Position numbers and translations under genes: made by a program. Below, in pieces: positions 47,715 through 57,265 of a stretch of 64,000 nt of DNA. The stretch is from an uncultured virus (IMG/VR IMGVR_UViG_3300034082_002584) (lineage: Duplodnaviria; Heunggongvirae; Uroviricota; Caudoviricetes). The notes under the pieces were generated by a model. That model saw only the letters and a program-made list of their open reading frames with translations. It did not search any database and had not been told where the DNA came from. The stretch lies in the IMG/VR virus record IMGVR_UViG_3300034082_002584; one strand, given 5' to 3'. Position 1 is the first letter of the stretch, and each line of letters begins with the position of its first letter.

Positions 47715-48089
47715 ATGCGTTATCAACAGTTAGTTATCGAATCAGACTATATAGAAAATCTAAAAAGTGAAATAATTAATTTATTAACTATTGCATCTTC
47801 TAGAGATATTAAAAGTTTGCGAACCAGCTTTTTGGTTAAAGATTTGCAAAATATGGGATTTGATGTTAATATAAATACTATACTTTCTATAATGAATGAT
47901 TTAGATATAGTATCTACTGCTGACAACAAAAAAATAGAAATAGCAACAAAAGATAAAGAGAATGATCAAGAAGAAATTGATGTTCCTGATTTCGGAGAAA
48001 ATAAACCATTTGGCGGGTTTGAAGATAATACAACTGACCCAATAGATGCTGCAGCTAAACGCCAAGCAACAAAGGATATAAAATTATGA
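47715..48089 (+). CDS. probable virion protein
   Basis: MRYQQLVIE N-terminus. Confidence 0.65.
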   Translation: MRYQQLVIESDYIENLKSEIINLLTIASSRDIKSLRTSFLVKDLQNMGFDVNINTILSIMNDLDIVSTADNKKIEIATKDKENDQEEIDVPDFGENKPFGGFEDNTTDPIDAAAKRQATKDIKL

Positions 48090-48403
48090 TTCCTTTATTC
48101 ACCGCAGAAAATGCAAGAGTAAACTCGAAAAATGATTTAATAATATTTGATGAAATCGTATATATTTCTAGAGTTATAATAAATCAAAGTTTAGATGGAA
48201 CTTATCAAGCCACTGTATCTAGTGGAACTACTATGACAACCACATCAGTATATTACCAATCATGGATTGGGACATCTCCTGATCGTCAAATATATGAACA
48301 AATGGCATCAGTTATACAATATTTTGAAAAACTAGGATATACTATTACTCGTAAAACAAATGCGATAACAGGTAATACTATATCTTGGTTTGTTCAATGG
48401 TAA
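48086..48403 (+). CDS. hypothetical protein
   Basis: 105-aa ORF with ATGA overlap. Confidence 0.7.
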   Translation: MIPLFTAENARVNSKNDLIIFDEIVYISRVIINQSLDGTYQATVSSGTTMTTTSVYYQSWIGTSPDRQIYEQMASVIQYFEKLGYTITRKTNAITGNTISWFVQW

Positions 48404-48445
48404 AAAGTTCTTGACAATCTAATCAAAATCTAGTAGTATACTAAT

Positions 48446-49120
48446 ATGATAACATATAATCCACAATATAATTACACACCATTGAATCGTATAGATTCTG
48501 ATAACGGCAGGAAGTATAATACTCCTACTGGAAACTTACCAAGTGTTACCACTATTCTTAGTGCAACAAAATCTCAAGAAAGTAAACAAAAACTCCAACA
48601 ATGGAGAAATAGAGTAGGTGATGCCGAAGCTACGAAAATTACTAATGAAGCAGCTAATGTTGGAACAATAATGCATGGAATTCTAGAACATTGGGTTCTA
48701 GGCAAAGAACACGATCCGGGAAATAATGTAATTCATCGCCAAGCCAAAATGATGGCAGAAAAAGTAAAAGAAAATATATCACCATATATTTCTGAAATAT
48801 GGGGCAGTGAAGTAAATTTATATTATCCAGATTTATATGCAGGAACTGCGGACTTAGTAGGAATGTGGAAAGGAAAACCAGCTATATTGGATTTCAAACA
48901 AACAAACAAACCGAAAAAACGCGAATGGATTGAAGATTACTTTTTACAACTTTCTGCATATGCAATGGCCCACGATGCATTACATGACACTAATATTACA
49001 CAAGGTGCAATATTCATGTGTTCACGAGAAGGTGAATTCCAATTATTTGAAACGAGTGATGTCGAATTTGAGTTCTGGAAACAAGAATGGACTCATAGAG
49101 TTTCAAAATTTTACGAATAA
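48446..49120 (+). CDS. PD-(D/E)XK exonuclease (Cas4/RecB-like)
   Basis: LPSVTTIL, GTIMH, AGTAD, ILDFKQ and QLSAYAMA motifs. Confidence 0.88.
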   Translation: MITYNPQYNYTPLNRIDSDNGRKYNTPTGNLPSVTTILSATKSQESKQKLQQWRNRVGDAEATKITNEAANVGTIMHGILEHWVLGKEHDPGNNVIHRQAKMMAEKVKENISPYISEIWGSEVNLYYPDLYAGTADLVGMWKGKPAILDFKQTNKPKKREWIEDYFLQLSAYAMAHDALHDTNITQGAIFMCSREGEFQLFETSDVEFEFWKQEWTHRVSKFYE

Positions 49121-49148
49121 ATAATAAAAAGATATAAAGGAAACTCAT

Positions 49149-49832
49149 ATGGCGACAACTAGAATTTCAAAAATAAAAGTAAGAAGTGGTCAATTAAGCG
49201 ATTTGCCTGTTCTTGATCCTAGTGAATTTGGCTATTCGACTGACGAACATCGTCTTTTTATTGGTAATACAGAACTAACAGTAGGAACAGGCAATGGAAC
49301 TAATAGAATATTTAATATTCCAATATCAAGTAATTTTCCACTACCAACCAATAATTTAGAAAATCCAAAGTTTTTTGTGAATGGTAGTCAACGTAGTGAT
49401 ATTGTTATTGGTGGAACAACTGTAACTTTTGCCACCGCACCTGTACTAAATGCAATAGTAACTATAAAATTCAATAGCGAAATAGCATTAGTAAATTCTA
49501 CTGAAACCCCAAGTTCATTAGTATTTAATGCTGCTACTCCATTATTTTTAGACACTAATTTTACATTTAATTATACTATATATGATACATGTTATATAGA
49601 TTATACTATTAGGTTAACAAATAATACTGGATTTAGAATGGGTAGAATTAGGTTGATGGTAGATAAAAACAATGCTGAATTTAAAATAGATGATGAATAC
49701 AATTCATTAACAAATACAACAGAGATAGATTTTGATGCTAGATTATCTGGAAATTATTGTTATCTTACTTATAAAAATAATACAGTATCTCCCGCAGTTT
49801 TTAAATATACGTTTAAACTATGGAAGATGTAA
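49149..49832 (+). CDS. probable tail/baseplate structural protein
   Basis: KIKVRSG..LP.L...EFGY..D..RLFIGN N-terminal module typical of tail appendage proteins. Confidence 0.65.
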   Translation: MATTRISKIKVRSGQLSDLPVLDPSEFGYSTDEHRLFIGNTELTVGTGNGTNRIFNIPISSNFPLPTNNLENPKFFVNGSQRSDIVIGGTTVTFATAPVLNAIVTIKFNSEIALVNSTETPSSLVFNAATPLFLDTNFTFNYTIYDTCYIDYTIRLTNNTGFRMGRIRLMVDKNNAEFKIDDEYNSLTNTTEIDFDARLSGNYCYLTYKNNTVSPAVFKYTFKLWKM

Positions 49833-50290
49833 AAATAAAAAAAATATATTGGCAAAGATCACCAGAACAAAGAATAGAACTATGGAGAAGATTTAGAAGA
49901 AGTTTTTCTTCTACTGATACAGCAGAAATTTGTAATGAAAGTTGGTCATGGTGGATAATGTCACCAGATGTAAATCGAACAATTGATCCATATAATCCAA
50001 ATACATGGCTAACGTTTTGGGAAATGATTCAATTGGGAGAAACATGCAAATATAGCAAAGCCGTGGGTGCGGCTTTTATGATACACTATCTAAATTCTAA
50101 TCTAGATATTGTTATATCTAGGGTTTATGATAAAAATAAAAACGATATATACATTACCACATTAGTAGAAAACAAATTTCTACTGCATCCTGAATATACC
50201 GAGGTAATGGAAATGAATAATGATTATGTAATTCAGGAAACGTGGTCAATTAAAAAAATATTAGAAATTATAAAATATAGGTCTGCGTAA
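49820..50290 (+). CDS. hypothetical protein
   Basis: 156-aa ORF; RIELWRRFR...DPY.P.TW. Confidence 0.7.
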   Translation: MEDVKIKKIYWQRSPEQRIELWRRFRRSFSSTDTAEICNESWSWWIMSPDVNRTIDPYNPNTWLTFWEMIQLGETCKYSKAVGAAFMIHYLNSNLDIVISRVYDKNKNDIYITTLVENKFLLHPEYTEVMEMNNDYVIQETWSIKKILEIIKYRSA

Positions 50291-50415
50291 TAATATGGAA
50301 GTTTCTATTTTAATATTAGAAATATTCATCAATTACCTATAATAATTAAACATACTCCTGCACATAATAATGATGTGGGCTATAACTTTTTGGTTTACGA
50401 ATATAAGGATTAATA

Positions 50416-52665
50416 ATGTCAAATGTAATAGAATTTTCTCGCGATAAAGATACAAGGGATATCATGTCAGATGCCAAATTCTACGAGGGATACTCTCGGT
50501 GGAATGATGATAAAGGCAGATACGAAACATGGAATGAAGCTGTCGAACGTGTTATGAACACACACAGAGAATTTTACAAAAATAAGATGACTCCTGAATT
50601 GGAATCACTTATTAACGAAGCTGAAGAATTATACAAGCAAAAGTATTTCTTGGGTGCCCAAAGAGCGTTACAATTTGGTGGCGATCAGTTGTTAAAGAAT
50701 CATATGAAACTATATAACTGCACAAGTTCATATGCAGACCGTACAGAATTTTTTGGAGAATATTTTTGGATTCTATTAAGTGGTTGCGGTGCTGGTTTCT
50801 CTGTGCAACAGCATCATATTGCAAAACTTTCTAACATTCAAAATAGAACTAAATCTTCAAAAATTCATGTAATCGAAGATTCTATAGAAGGATGGGCAGA
50901 AGCAGTTGATGTATTACTTTCGTCATATTTTGTTGGTGGTGGTAAGCATCCAGAATTTGAAGGACGTAGAGTATACTTTGATACATCTTCGATCCGTCCA
51001 AAAGGCTCAAAAATTAGTGGGGGATTTAAAGCACCGGGTCCAGAACCGCTACGCCGTGCATTAGATAAAATTGAATATTTGCTTCAAGGTCTAGTTCTAA
51101 AAGGTGAAACTAAATTAGCATCTATCAATGTATACGATATTTGTATGCATATCGCAGATGCAGTTATCAGTGGTGGTGTTCGTCGTGCAGCAACCATCTG
51201 TTTATTTTCAATTAACGATGAAGAAATGATGAGTGCGAAAACCGGAAATTGGTTTGCAGAAAATCCACAACGTGCAAGATCAAATAACAGTGCAGTTATT
51301 GTTAAAAATACTGCAACATACGAACAGTTTGACTATATTATGCAAAAAGTTAAACAATTCGGTGAGCCAGGATTCGTTTTTGTCGAATCAACTGAACATG
51401 CAACCAATCCATGTGTTGAAATTGGTATGTTTCCACAATATATTGATGAAAACAAAGTAAGTCATAGTGGATGGCAAGGTTGTAATCTTGCAGAAATAAA
51501 TGGTGCAAAAGCTAATTCAAAGGAAGAATTCTATAAATCAATTCGTGGTGCTGCCATTGTTGCAACTCTACAAGCTGGTTATACTAATTTTAAATTTGTC
51601 AGTGAAGTAACTAAAAAAATCTTTGAACGTGAAGCACTTCTTGGTGTTTCTATCACTGGATGGATGAATAATCCACATGTATTACTTAATGAAGTAGTGC
51701 TAAAAGAAGGTGCTGAACTTGTAAAAACTATAAACAAGCAAGTTGCAAAACTAATTGGCATTAATCCAGCAGCAAGAACTACTTGTGTTAAGCCAGCAGG
51801 AAACGCATCTGTTATTCTTAAAACTGCAAGCGGTGTTCATGGTGAACATTCACCCCGTTATATCCGTAACGTGCAAATGAATAAAGATACAGAAGTTGCA
51901 CAGCTTATTCGCAAAACAAACCCCTACATGGTTGAAGAAAGTGTATGGAGTGCAGGAAGAACTGATTATGTTATTTCATTTCCAGTTATTGCACCAATGA
52001 GTTCTGTTTTCCGTAAAGATTTGTATGGTCTTAATCTACTTGAAAAAGTAAAACTAATTCAAAACTCTTGGGTAGAATTTGGAACAGACGAAGCATTATG
52101 TGTTGATCCAACGGTTCGTCATAATGTATCAAATACTATTTCAGTATTGCCAGATCAATGGGAAGAAGTTGGAAAATATATATTTGACAACCGTAAAAGT
52201 TTTGCTGGTGTTAGTCTAATGAGTGCATCTGGTGATCGTGATTATAATCAAGCACCAAATACAGAAATTCTTACTGAGCAAGAAATTGTTAAAAAATATG
52301 GACGTGGTGCTATGTTTGCTTCTGGTTTGATTGTTGACACTTTTAAAGGTTTCAATAATTTGTGGGAAGCCTGCACTATTGCACAAATGGAAACTGATCA
52401 CGGTGACAAAGAAAAAAGCGATGTTCGTGCAGAGTGGATTCGTCGTTATCGTAAATTCGCAGAAAGCTATTTTGATGGTGATCTAAAGAAAACAGAACAT
52501 TGCTTAAAAGATGTTCATCTATTACATCGTTGGGCAAAAATTCAACAACATTTTGTTAGTATAGACTTTGTTGATGAATTAGAAGAAAAGAAATATATTG
52601 ACATTGATACCATGGGTTCAGCAGCATGTGTTGGAACTAAAGATGGTTTAGGTTGTGCAATTTAA
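50416..52665 (+). CDS. ribonucleotide reductase catalytic subunit (class not resolved)
   Basis: YNC, GGVRRAA, NPCVEI, GCNL, TTCVKPAG and C-terminal Cys pair. Confidence 0.9.
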   Translation: MSNVIEFSRDKDTRDIMSDAKFYEGYSRWNDDKGRYETWNEAVERVMNTHREFYKNKMTPELESLINEAEELYKQKYFLGAQRALQFGGDQLLKNHMKLYNCTSSYADRTEFFGEYFWILLSGCGAGFSVQQHHIAKLSNIQNRTKSSKIHVIEDSIEGWAEAVDVLLSSYFVGGGKHPEFEGRRVYFDTSSIRPKGSKISGGFKAPGPEPLRRALDKIEYLLQGLVLKGETKLASINVYDICMHIADAVISGGVRRAATICLFSINDEEMMSAKTGNWFAENPQRARSNNSAVIVKNTATYEQFDYIMQKVKQFGEPGFVFVESTEHATNPCVEIGMFPQYIDENKVSHSGWQGCNLAEINGAKANSKEEFYKSIRGAAIVATLQAGYTNFKFVSEVTKKIFEREALLGVSITGWMNNPHVLLNEVVLKEGAELVKTINKQVAKLIGINPAARTTCVKPAGNASVILKTASGVHGEHSPRYIRNVQMNKDTEVAQLIRKTNPYMVEESVWSAGRTDYVISFPVIAPMSSVFRKDLYGLNLLEKVKLIQNSWVEFGTDEALCVDPTVRHNVSNTISVLPDQWEEVGKYIFDNRKSFAGVSLMSASGDRDYNQAPNTEILTEQEIVKKYGRGAMFASGLIVDTFKGFNNLWEACTIAQMETDHGDKEKSDVRAEWIRRYRKFAESYFDGDLKKTEHCLKDVHLLHRWAKIQQHFVSIDFVDELEEKKYIDIDTMGSAACVGTKDGLGCAI

Positions 52666-52673
52666 TTAACTAA

Positions 52674-52695
52674 AGTGGGGGAGAAATCCCCCACT
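52674..52695 (+). terminator. hairpin
   Basis: AGTGGGGGA-gaaa-TCCCCCACT. Confidence 0.6.
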
Positions 52696-52711
52696 AATTT
52701 ATGAAAGAAAT

Positions 52712-52969
52712 ATGAAAATGACAGAAAATAATTCAACTGCAATAATATGGTCAATCAATAACTGCCCATACTGTAGCCAAGCAAAAAACTTTTTAAAACA
52801 AAAAGGCATCGCATACGAAGAAAGAAATCTACAAGAAGGAACATGGTCAAAAGCACAATTATTAGAAAGTGTTCCAAATGCAAGAACAGTCCCACAAATA
52901 TTTTTAGATGATAAATATATTGGTGGATATGACAAATTAGTAGAACATTTTAAGAAAGAAAATAAATGA
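52712..52969 (+). CDS. glutaredoxin
   Basis: CPYC, TVPQIF and IGGYD motifs. Confidence 0.92.
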   Translation: MKMTENNSTAIIWSINNCPYCSQAKNFLKQKGIAYEERNLQEGTWSKAQLLESVPNARTVPQIFLDDKYIGGYDKLVEHFKKENK

Positions 52970-53289
52970 TAATTAATGTAATTAAATCAATGGACGTAGT
53001 ATCGCTAAAACTCACCAGTAGTGAAGAAATAGTAGGAATGTTTGTTGAAAAAACTACAACAGGAATTAAATTGAGAAAACCATTAGCATTAGCAATGTCA
53101 CAAAATGGGCCAGCACTGACACCATATTTTATTACAGGTGACGTAATGGCCGAAGCATCAGAAATGGAATTTAATTTAAACACAGTAGTTGCTATGATTA
53201 AAACCTATAAACCATATGCTGATGCATACACCCAGTCTACTACGGGACTAGATTTAAGCACTAAATCAAAATCAGGATTAATAATATAA
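52966..53289 (+). CDS. small beta-barrel (Sm-like) hypothetical protein
   Basis: VVSLKLTSSEEIVG...LRKPL. Confidence 0.6.
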   Translation: MIINVIKSMDVVSLKLTSSEEIVGMFVEKTTTGIKLRKPLALAMSQNGPALTPYFITGDVMAEASEMEFNLNTVVAMIKTYKPYADAYTQSTTGLDLSTKSKSGLII

Positions 53290-53564
53290 TGCCAGAAATT
53301 CATCGCAACAATGACAAAAGAGTATGCGGAGCAACTACAAGAGTTGTAGGACAGTCTACCGTTTATTTAAACGGTGAATTGATAAGTGTTGAAGGTGATC
53401 CATGTAGTCATGGAAATGGTGAATTAAAAGCAGATACTAACACTAGTAAAATTTATATTAACGGAAAAAAAGTAGTATACAATGGAAGCAATGCGTATCC
53501 AGACAGATTTAGGCATTTAAATCCATCAGCTTCCAGTGGAAGCAGCGATGCACATGCAGAATAA
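53289..53564 (+). CDS. PAAR-like spike tip protein
   Basis: CGA.T, STVYLNG, EGDPCSHG and KIYINGK motifs. Confidence 0.75.
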   Translation: MPEIHRNNDKRVCGATTRVVGQSTVYLNGELISVEGDPCSHGNGELKADTNTSKIYINGKKVVYNGSNAYPDRFRHLNPSASSGSSDAHAE

Positions 53565-53575
53565 GGAATAATATT

Positions 53576-54193
53576 ATGGCAATTGCACCACAAACACCAT
53601 CTATACCAAGAAAAAGTGATAGAACTAAACCTCCAGCCAATGGCAATTGCAGTGGATCAGGTGGTGGATCAGGTGGTGGATCAGGTGGTGGATCAGGTGG
53701 TGGATCAGGTGGTGGATCAGGTGGTGCTGGTCAAGATTATACTAATAGATTTAATGAAACTTCTGCACAAGATATGTATGGTTGTTTGCGAAATACGGTT
53801 GGATTAAGCCACAATCAAGCAATTGGTGCCCTAGCAAATATAAATCGTGAATCTTCTTTTAATTCGGCGGCAGTCGGAGATAATGGAAATTCTTTTGGAT
53901 TATTTCAATTTAATAGACCAGCAGGTAGAGCAGACCCGTTTTTAAATGCAGTTCCTGATTGGCAAACAAATCCATGTGGACAAGCAACATATATGTTTAC
54001 TAAAGACAGTGCAGGAAAAGCATATGCAGCAAGAGATTTTTCTTCTCCACTAGATGCTGCAAATTATTTTACGAATAATGTAGAAATCCCACAAGATAGA
54101 GCAGCATACACTGCACCTGGTGGGTATAATTCACAAATTGTTGATGATCTTACTACCAGTATACCAAATACTGATGGTAGCATAACTGCATAA
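53576..54193 (+). CDS. tail lysozyme-like protein with Gly-Ser linker
   Basis: GALANINRES.FN...GLFQF...AANYF...E.P lysozyme-like pattern. Confidence 0.75.
   Translation: MAIAPQTPSIPRKSDRTKPPANGNCSGSGGGSGGGSGGGSGGGSGGGSGGAGQDYTNRFNETSAQDMYGCLRNTVGLSHNQAIGALANINRESSFNSAAVGDNGNSFGLFQFNRPAGRADPFLNAVPDWQTNPCGQATYMFTKDSAGKAYAARDFSSPLDAANYFTNNVEIPQDRAAYTAPGGYNSQIVDDLTTSIPNTDGSITA
53654..53725 (+). repeat. 6 perfect copies of 12-bp GGATCAGGTGGT encoding (GSGG)6
   Basis: direct reading. Confidence 0.95.
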
Positions 54194-54209
54194 TAGGCAA
54201 GGATAAAAA

Positions 54210-55748
54210 ATGGCAAATACTATGACCCCAATGGAAGGATTGCAATCAGTAAATGAATATCTTGATACTAGACACCATATAGATAAAAATGTGACCTCCA
54301 ATATTAATGATTTTGGTAGAGTTGTTTTTCAAGCAGGATATGATTTTAGCACTAGAGAAATACTTTGTAATTTATTAGCTGGCAGAGGTTTATTATTACC
54401 TAATTTACAAATATGTTTGAGCATTAATCTAAAAGCTATATTGGGCGTAGATAAGTTACAACAACAATTACGAAATGCACTTTCGAAACTAGATACTGCA
54501 TTTGACAGTTTTTTACAACATACTGGAATTAATAGTATTTTGAGCAGATTAAATTCTGCATTGGGAGAAATAACTCAAATTGCAAATATGATTAATTTTT
54601 GTGGAAAACCATTAACTCCAATATCTATTCCAAATACTTTAGAAAATGCTATGCAAAGTTTTCTGGGAAAAGGAAAATCATTGATAGATAAGATAGGATC
54701 AATTGTTCCTGATGAAATTGGTGGGTGTCTTGCATTTGACGGAAAAGATTTTAATTTAAGTCTATTTGGTGGCGGTATATTAGGAGATTTATCAGCAAAT
54801 TGGGAAAGAGTAAGCACAGGTGGATTAACACAAAGTGAACTTGATTTATATGAATCAAGAATAAACGATGTTATTATAGAAGTTGATACTCTTATAACAG
54901 ATGAAAATAATACTAGTAGTGTAGTAGAATATGGTGGTAGTGATTTTAATGAAGGAACCGATACTCCATTAAACACTAACCTTGGAGTTGTTCATAATCC
55001 CGAATCTGCGGGAATACAATCAAATGCAGCAATCGCTTCACAATTACAATCGCTATATAATAGATTTGCTGGATATCCCGTAATTGATTCTAACGGAACT
55101 GTTCATGACAACGTATTTAAACTTATATTAGATGACAAAATGATTGATCTATTACGTAAAAAATCAAATACAGCACAACCAGTAATTACACAAGAACCAA
55201 TATATAATTATTGCAATGAAATTGTAGGATATAAAACTACATCAATTCAATCAGTTCAAGAAACTAGTAATGGTATTTCACCAGCCACCCCTATTTCCGC
55301 ACCGGGATTTTTAGCCAATGGATTAGATACAAGCAATGAAGCATATGTTGCTGCCAATACCGTTACTGGTTCTGCGACAAATACTGTTGTAGTCGATTAT
55401 GCTACCGAAACAGCAGAAACTACTAGCCTAACGCCAGTTGAAGTTGTATTCGCTACACCTCTTACTATTGCAGCAAATGAATCAATATTCTATACAATTA
55501 CTGCAGTAGGAAGATTAAAAGCAAATGGTTCTACTACTATAATTAAAAAAATAGGCGTAATATATAGTTTCAATGGATTAATTACAGTTTCACCAGATAA
55601 TATAACTACTCAAATATACGGTGATAACACTGGTATTAATTGGGATTCATATGCACAAAATGATAATTCTCAAATAAAAATTTATGTTAAGGGAGCAAAT
55701 TCTACTGACATAATATGGAAAGTCAAACTTGAATACGAAAAAGTTTAA
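54210..55748 (+). CDS. probable baseplate/tail structural protein
   Basis: 512-aa ORF after PAAR and lysozyme; beta-rich C-terminus. Confidence 0.6.
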   Translation: MANTMTPMEGLQSVNEYLDTRHHIDKNVTSNINDFGRVVFQAGYDFSTREILCNLLAGRGLLLPNLQICLSINLKAILGVDKLQQQLRNALSKLDTAFDSFLQHTGINSILSRLNSALGEITQIANMINFCGKPLTPISIPNTLENAMQSFLGKGKSLIDKIGSIVPDEIGGCLAFDGKDFNLSLFGGGILGDLSANWERVSTGGLTQSELDLYESRINDVIIEVDTLITDENNTSSVVEYGGSDFNEGTDTPLNTNLGVVHNPESAGIQSNAAIASQLQSLYNRFAGYPVIDSNGTVHDNVFKLILDDKMIDLLRKKSNTAQPVITQEPIYNYCNEIVGYKTTSIQSVQETSNGISPATPISAPGFLANGLDTSNEAYVAANTVTGSATNTVVVDYATETAETTSLTPVEVVFATPLTIAANESIFYTITAVGRLKANGSTTIIKKIGVIYSFNGLITVSPDNITTQIYGDNTGINWDSYAQNDNSQIKIYVKGANSTDIIWKVKLEYEKV

Positions 55749-55812
55749 CGCTTGACATAAGGTCATATTCGTAGTATAGTTACACATTGTTATTAATGTG
55801 AGAAATACGAAT

Positions 55813-56664
55813 ATGACCTTTATTACTTTTCCTTCACCTCAGTTAAATGCTGCAACAGGGTTTTTACCATCGTCGGTATTCACTAATCCGCTGCTAGTCA
55901 ATAAAAAAACAAATGATATTACCGACTATCCATATACTGCAAAAGAATGGATGATAAAATATCTAAAAATTGATCCAGAATATATAGAACCAATGTTCGA
56001 TTTCTTTAAAAGAAACTTGATTACATTTCATATGGAAAAATCTGAAAAACCAGAATCAAAATATCGTGAATATTTAAAACTATGCGTGACTGACCGACTA
56101 CGGATTAGTGAATCTGGTATGGGTTATAATCTAGACAATCCAAATGAAACAGATGATTATAATTCATCTTATTCAAAAAATATGTCTGGATTTTTACGTT
56201 ATATGATCCTTCATTTTGAAGAAGATCGCATTATAGATATTATTTCTAAAAAATATAATATTGAAAATAATACAATAAATGACATACTGAAATTAAAAAA
56301 CTATAAAAAACAAATTTCTAGAAAATCATTTTTTGAACTATTAGAAAATGCTGAAGATTTAGATGCTGATATTTCTTCTAGTGACGAGATAGGGCATTTT
56401 AGAACTTTCAATATAGTAAAAACTATATTTTCTTACAATTATCACAAAAAATGTAACTTTTTATGTGTTGGTGAGCATAATTCCGCTCACTTTATAGTCA
56501 AATGCGACACAAATTTAGACAATCCTGTACTAAACTACATACAAAAAAAGTTCGATAATGAAAAGTTTGCAGTAAATATAGTTAGTGGACATATGAAAGT
56601 AGCAACAAACTTAAATGGGTTTGATTTGCTTCTGCTATCCAATGGATCGTGGATTCTTCCATAA
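55813..56664 (+). CDS. hypothetical protein
   Basis: TTGACA promoter at 55752. Confidence 0.7.
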   Translation: MTFITFPSPQLNAATGFLPSSVFTNPLLVNKKTNDITDYPYTAKEWMIKYLKIDPEYIEPMFDFFKRNLITFHMEKSEKPESKYREYLKLCVTDRLRISESGMGYNLDNPNETDDYNSSYSKNMSGFLRYMILHFEEDRIIDIISKKYNIENNTINDILKLKNYKKQISRKSFFELLENAEDLDADISSSDEIGHFRTFNIVKTIFSYNYHKKCNFLCVGEHNSAHFIVKCDTNLDNPVLNYIQKKFDNEKFAVNIVSGHMKVATNLNGFDLLLLSNGSWILP

Positions 56665-56761
56665 TGACTTGACAATTGTAGTTTTCATCGGTATGATGTA
56701 AGTCATACTGTGTCCCTATTGCTGCTGTGTTATGGCAGCATATTAGAAAAAAGGAAATAAC

Positions 56762-57259
56762 ATGATTGCGAATATCTTATTTGCGATTGTGGTTCAAAAC
56801 TTGGCGGTCGATCCAGCCATGATTATAAATATTATAGAAACAATGACGAACCACAATACAGAAACAGAAATTAACATTCAACTTACTGAGAAAGAATTGA
56901 ATTGTTTAGCACTAAATATATATCACGAGTCACGTGGTGAACCATTAGAAGGGCAACTAGCGGTAGCATCTGTAACTCTAAATAGAGCATCAGATGACCG
57001 TTACCCTGATAATGTTTGTTTGGTGGTTTGGCAAGACAGTCAATTTTCATGGACTAGTGACCGAAATAGTGACAAACCAAAAGATGAAAAATCTTGGAAA
57101 ATTGCACAAAACGTTGCGATGATGGTTTCTTCGGAATATAGTCCAATTATTGATGTTACCGATGGAGCAACTATGTTTCACGCAGTGGGATCAAAGCCAA
57201 GATGGCGAAAACGATTTGAAAAAACCGCCCAAATTGGTGGTCACGTCTTTTATAGGTAA
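56762..57259 (+). CDS. SleB-like cell wall hydrolase
   Basis: CLALNIYHESRGE, VTLNR, QFSW, GATMFH and IGGHVFY motifs. Confidence 0.9.
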   Translation: MIANILFAIVVQNLAVDPAMIINIIETMTNHNTETEINIQLTEKELNCLALNIYHESRGEPLEGQLAVASVTLNRASDDRYPDNVCLVVWQDSQFSWTSDRNSDKPKDEKSWKIAQNVAMMVSSEYSPIIDVTDGATMFHAVGSKPRWRKRFEKTAQIGGHVFYR

Positions 57260-57265
57260 TTAATA

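Noticed and set aside
27449..52665. Inteins or introns in terL, uvsX, the helicases or the RNR
   Set aside because: ORFs are continuous and of ordinary length with no splicing motifs seen
53583..53807. ORF with (VVDQ)n repeat
   Set aside because: Alternative frame of the 12-bp repeat within the lysozyme gene
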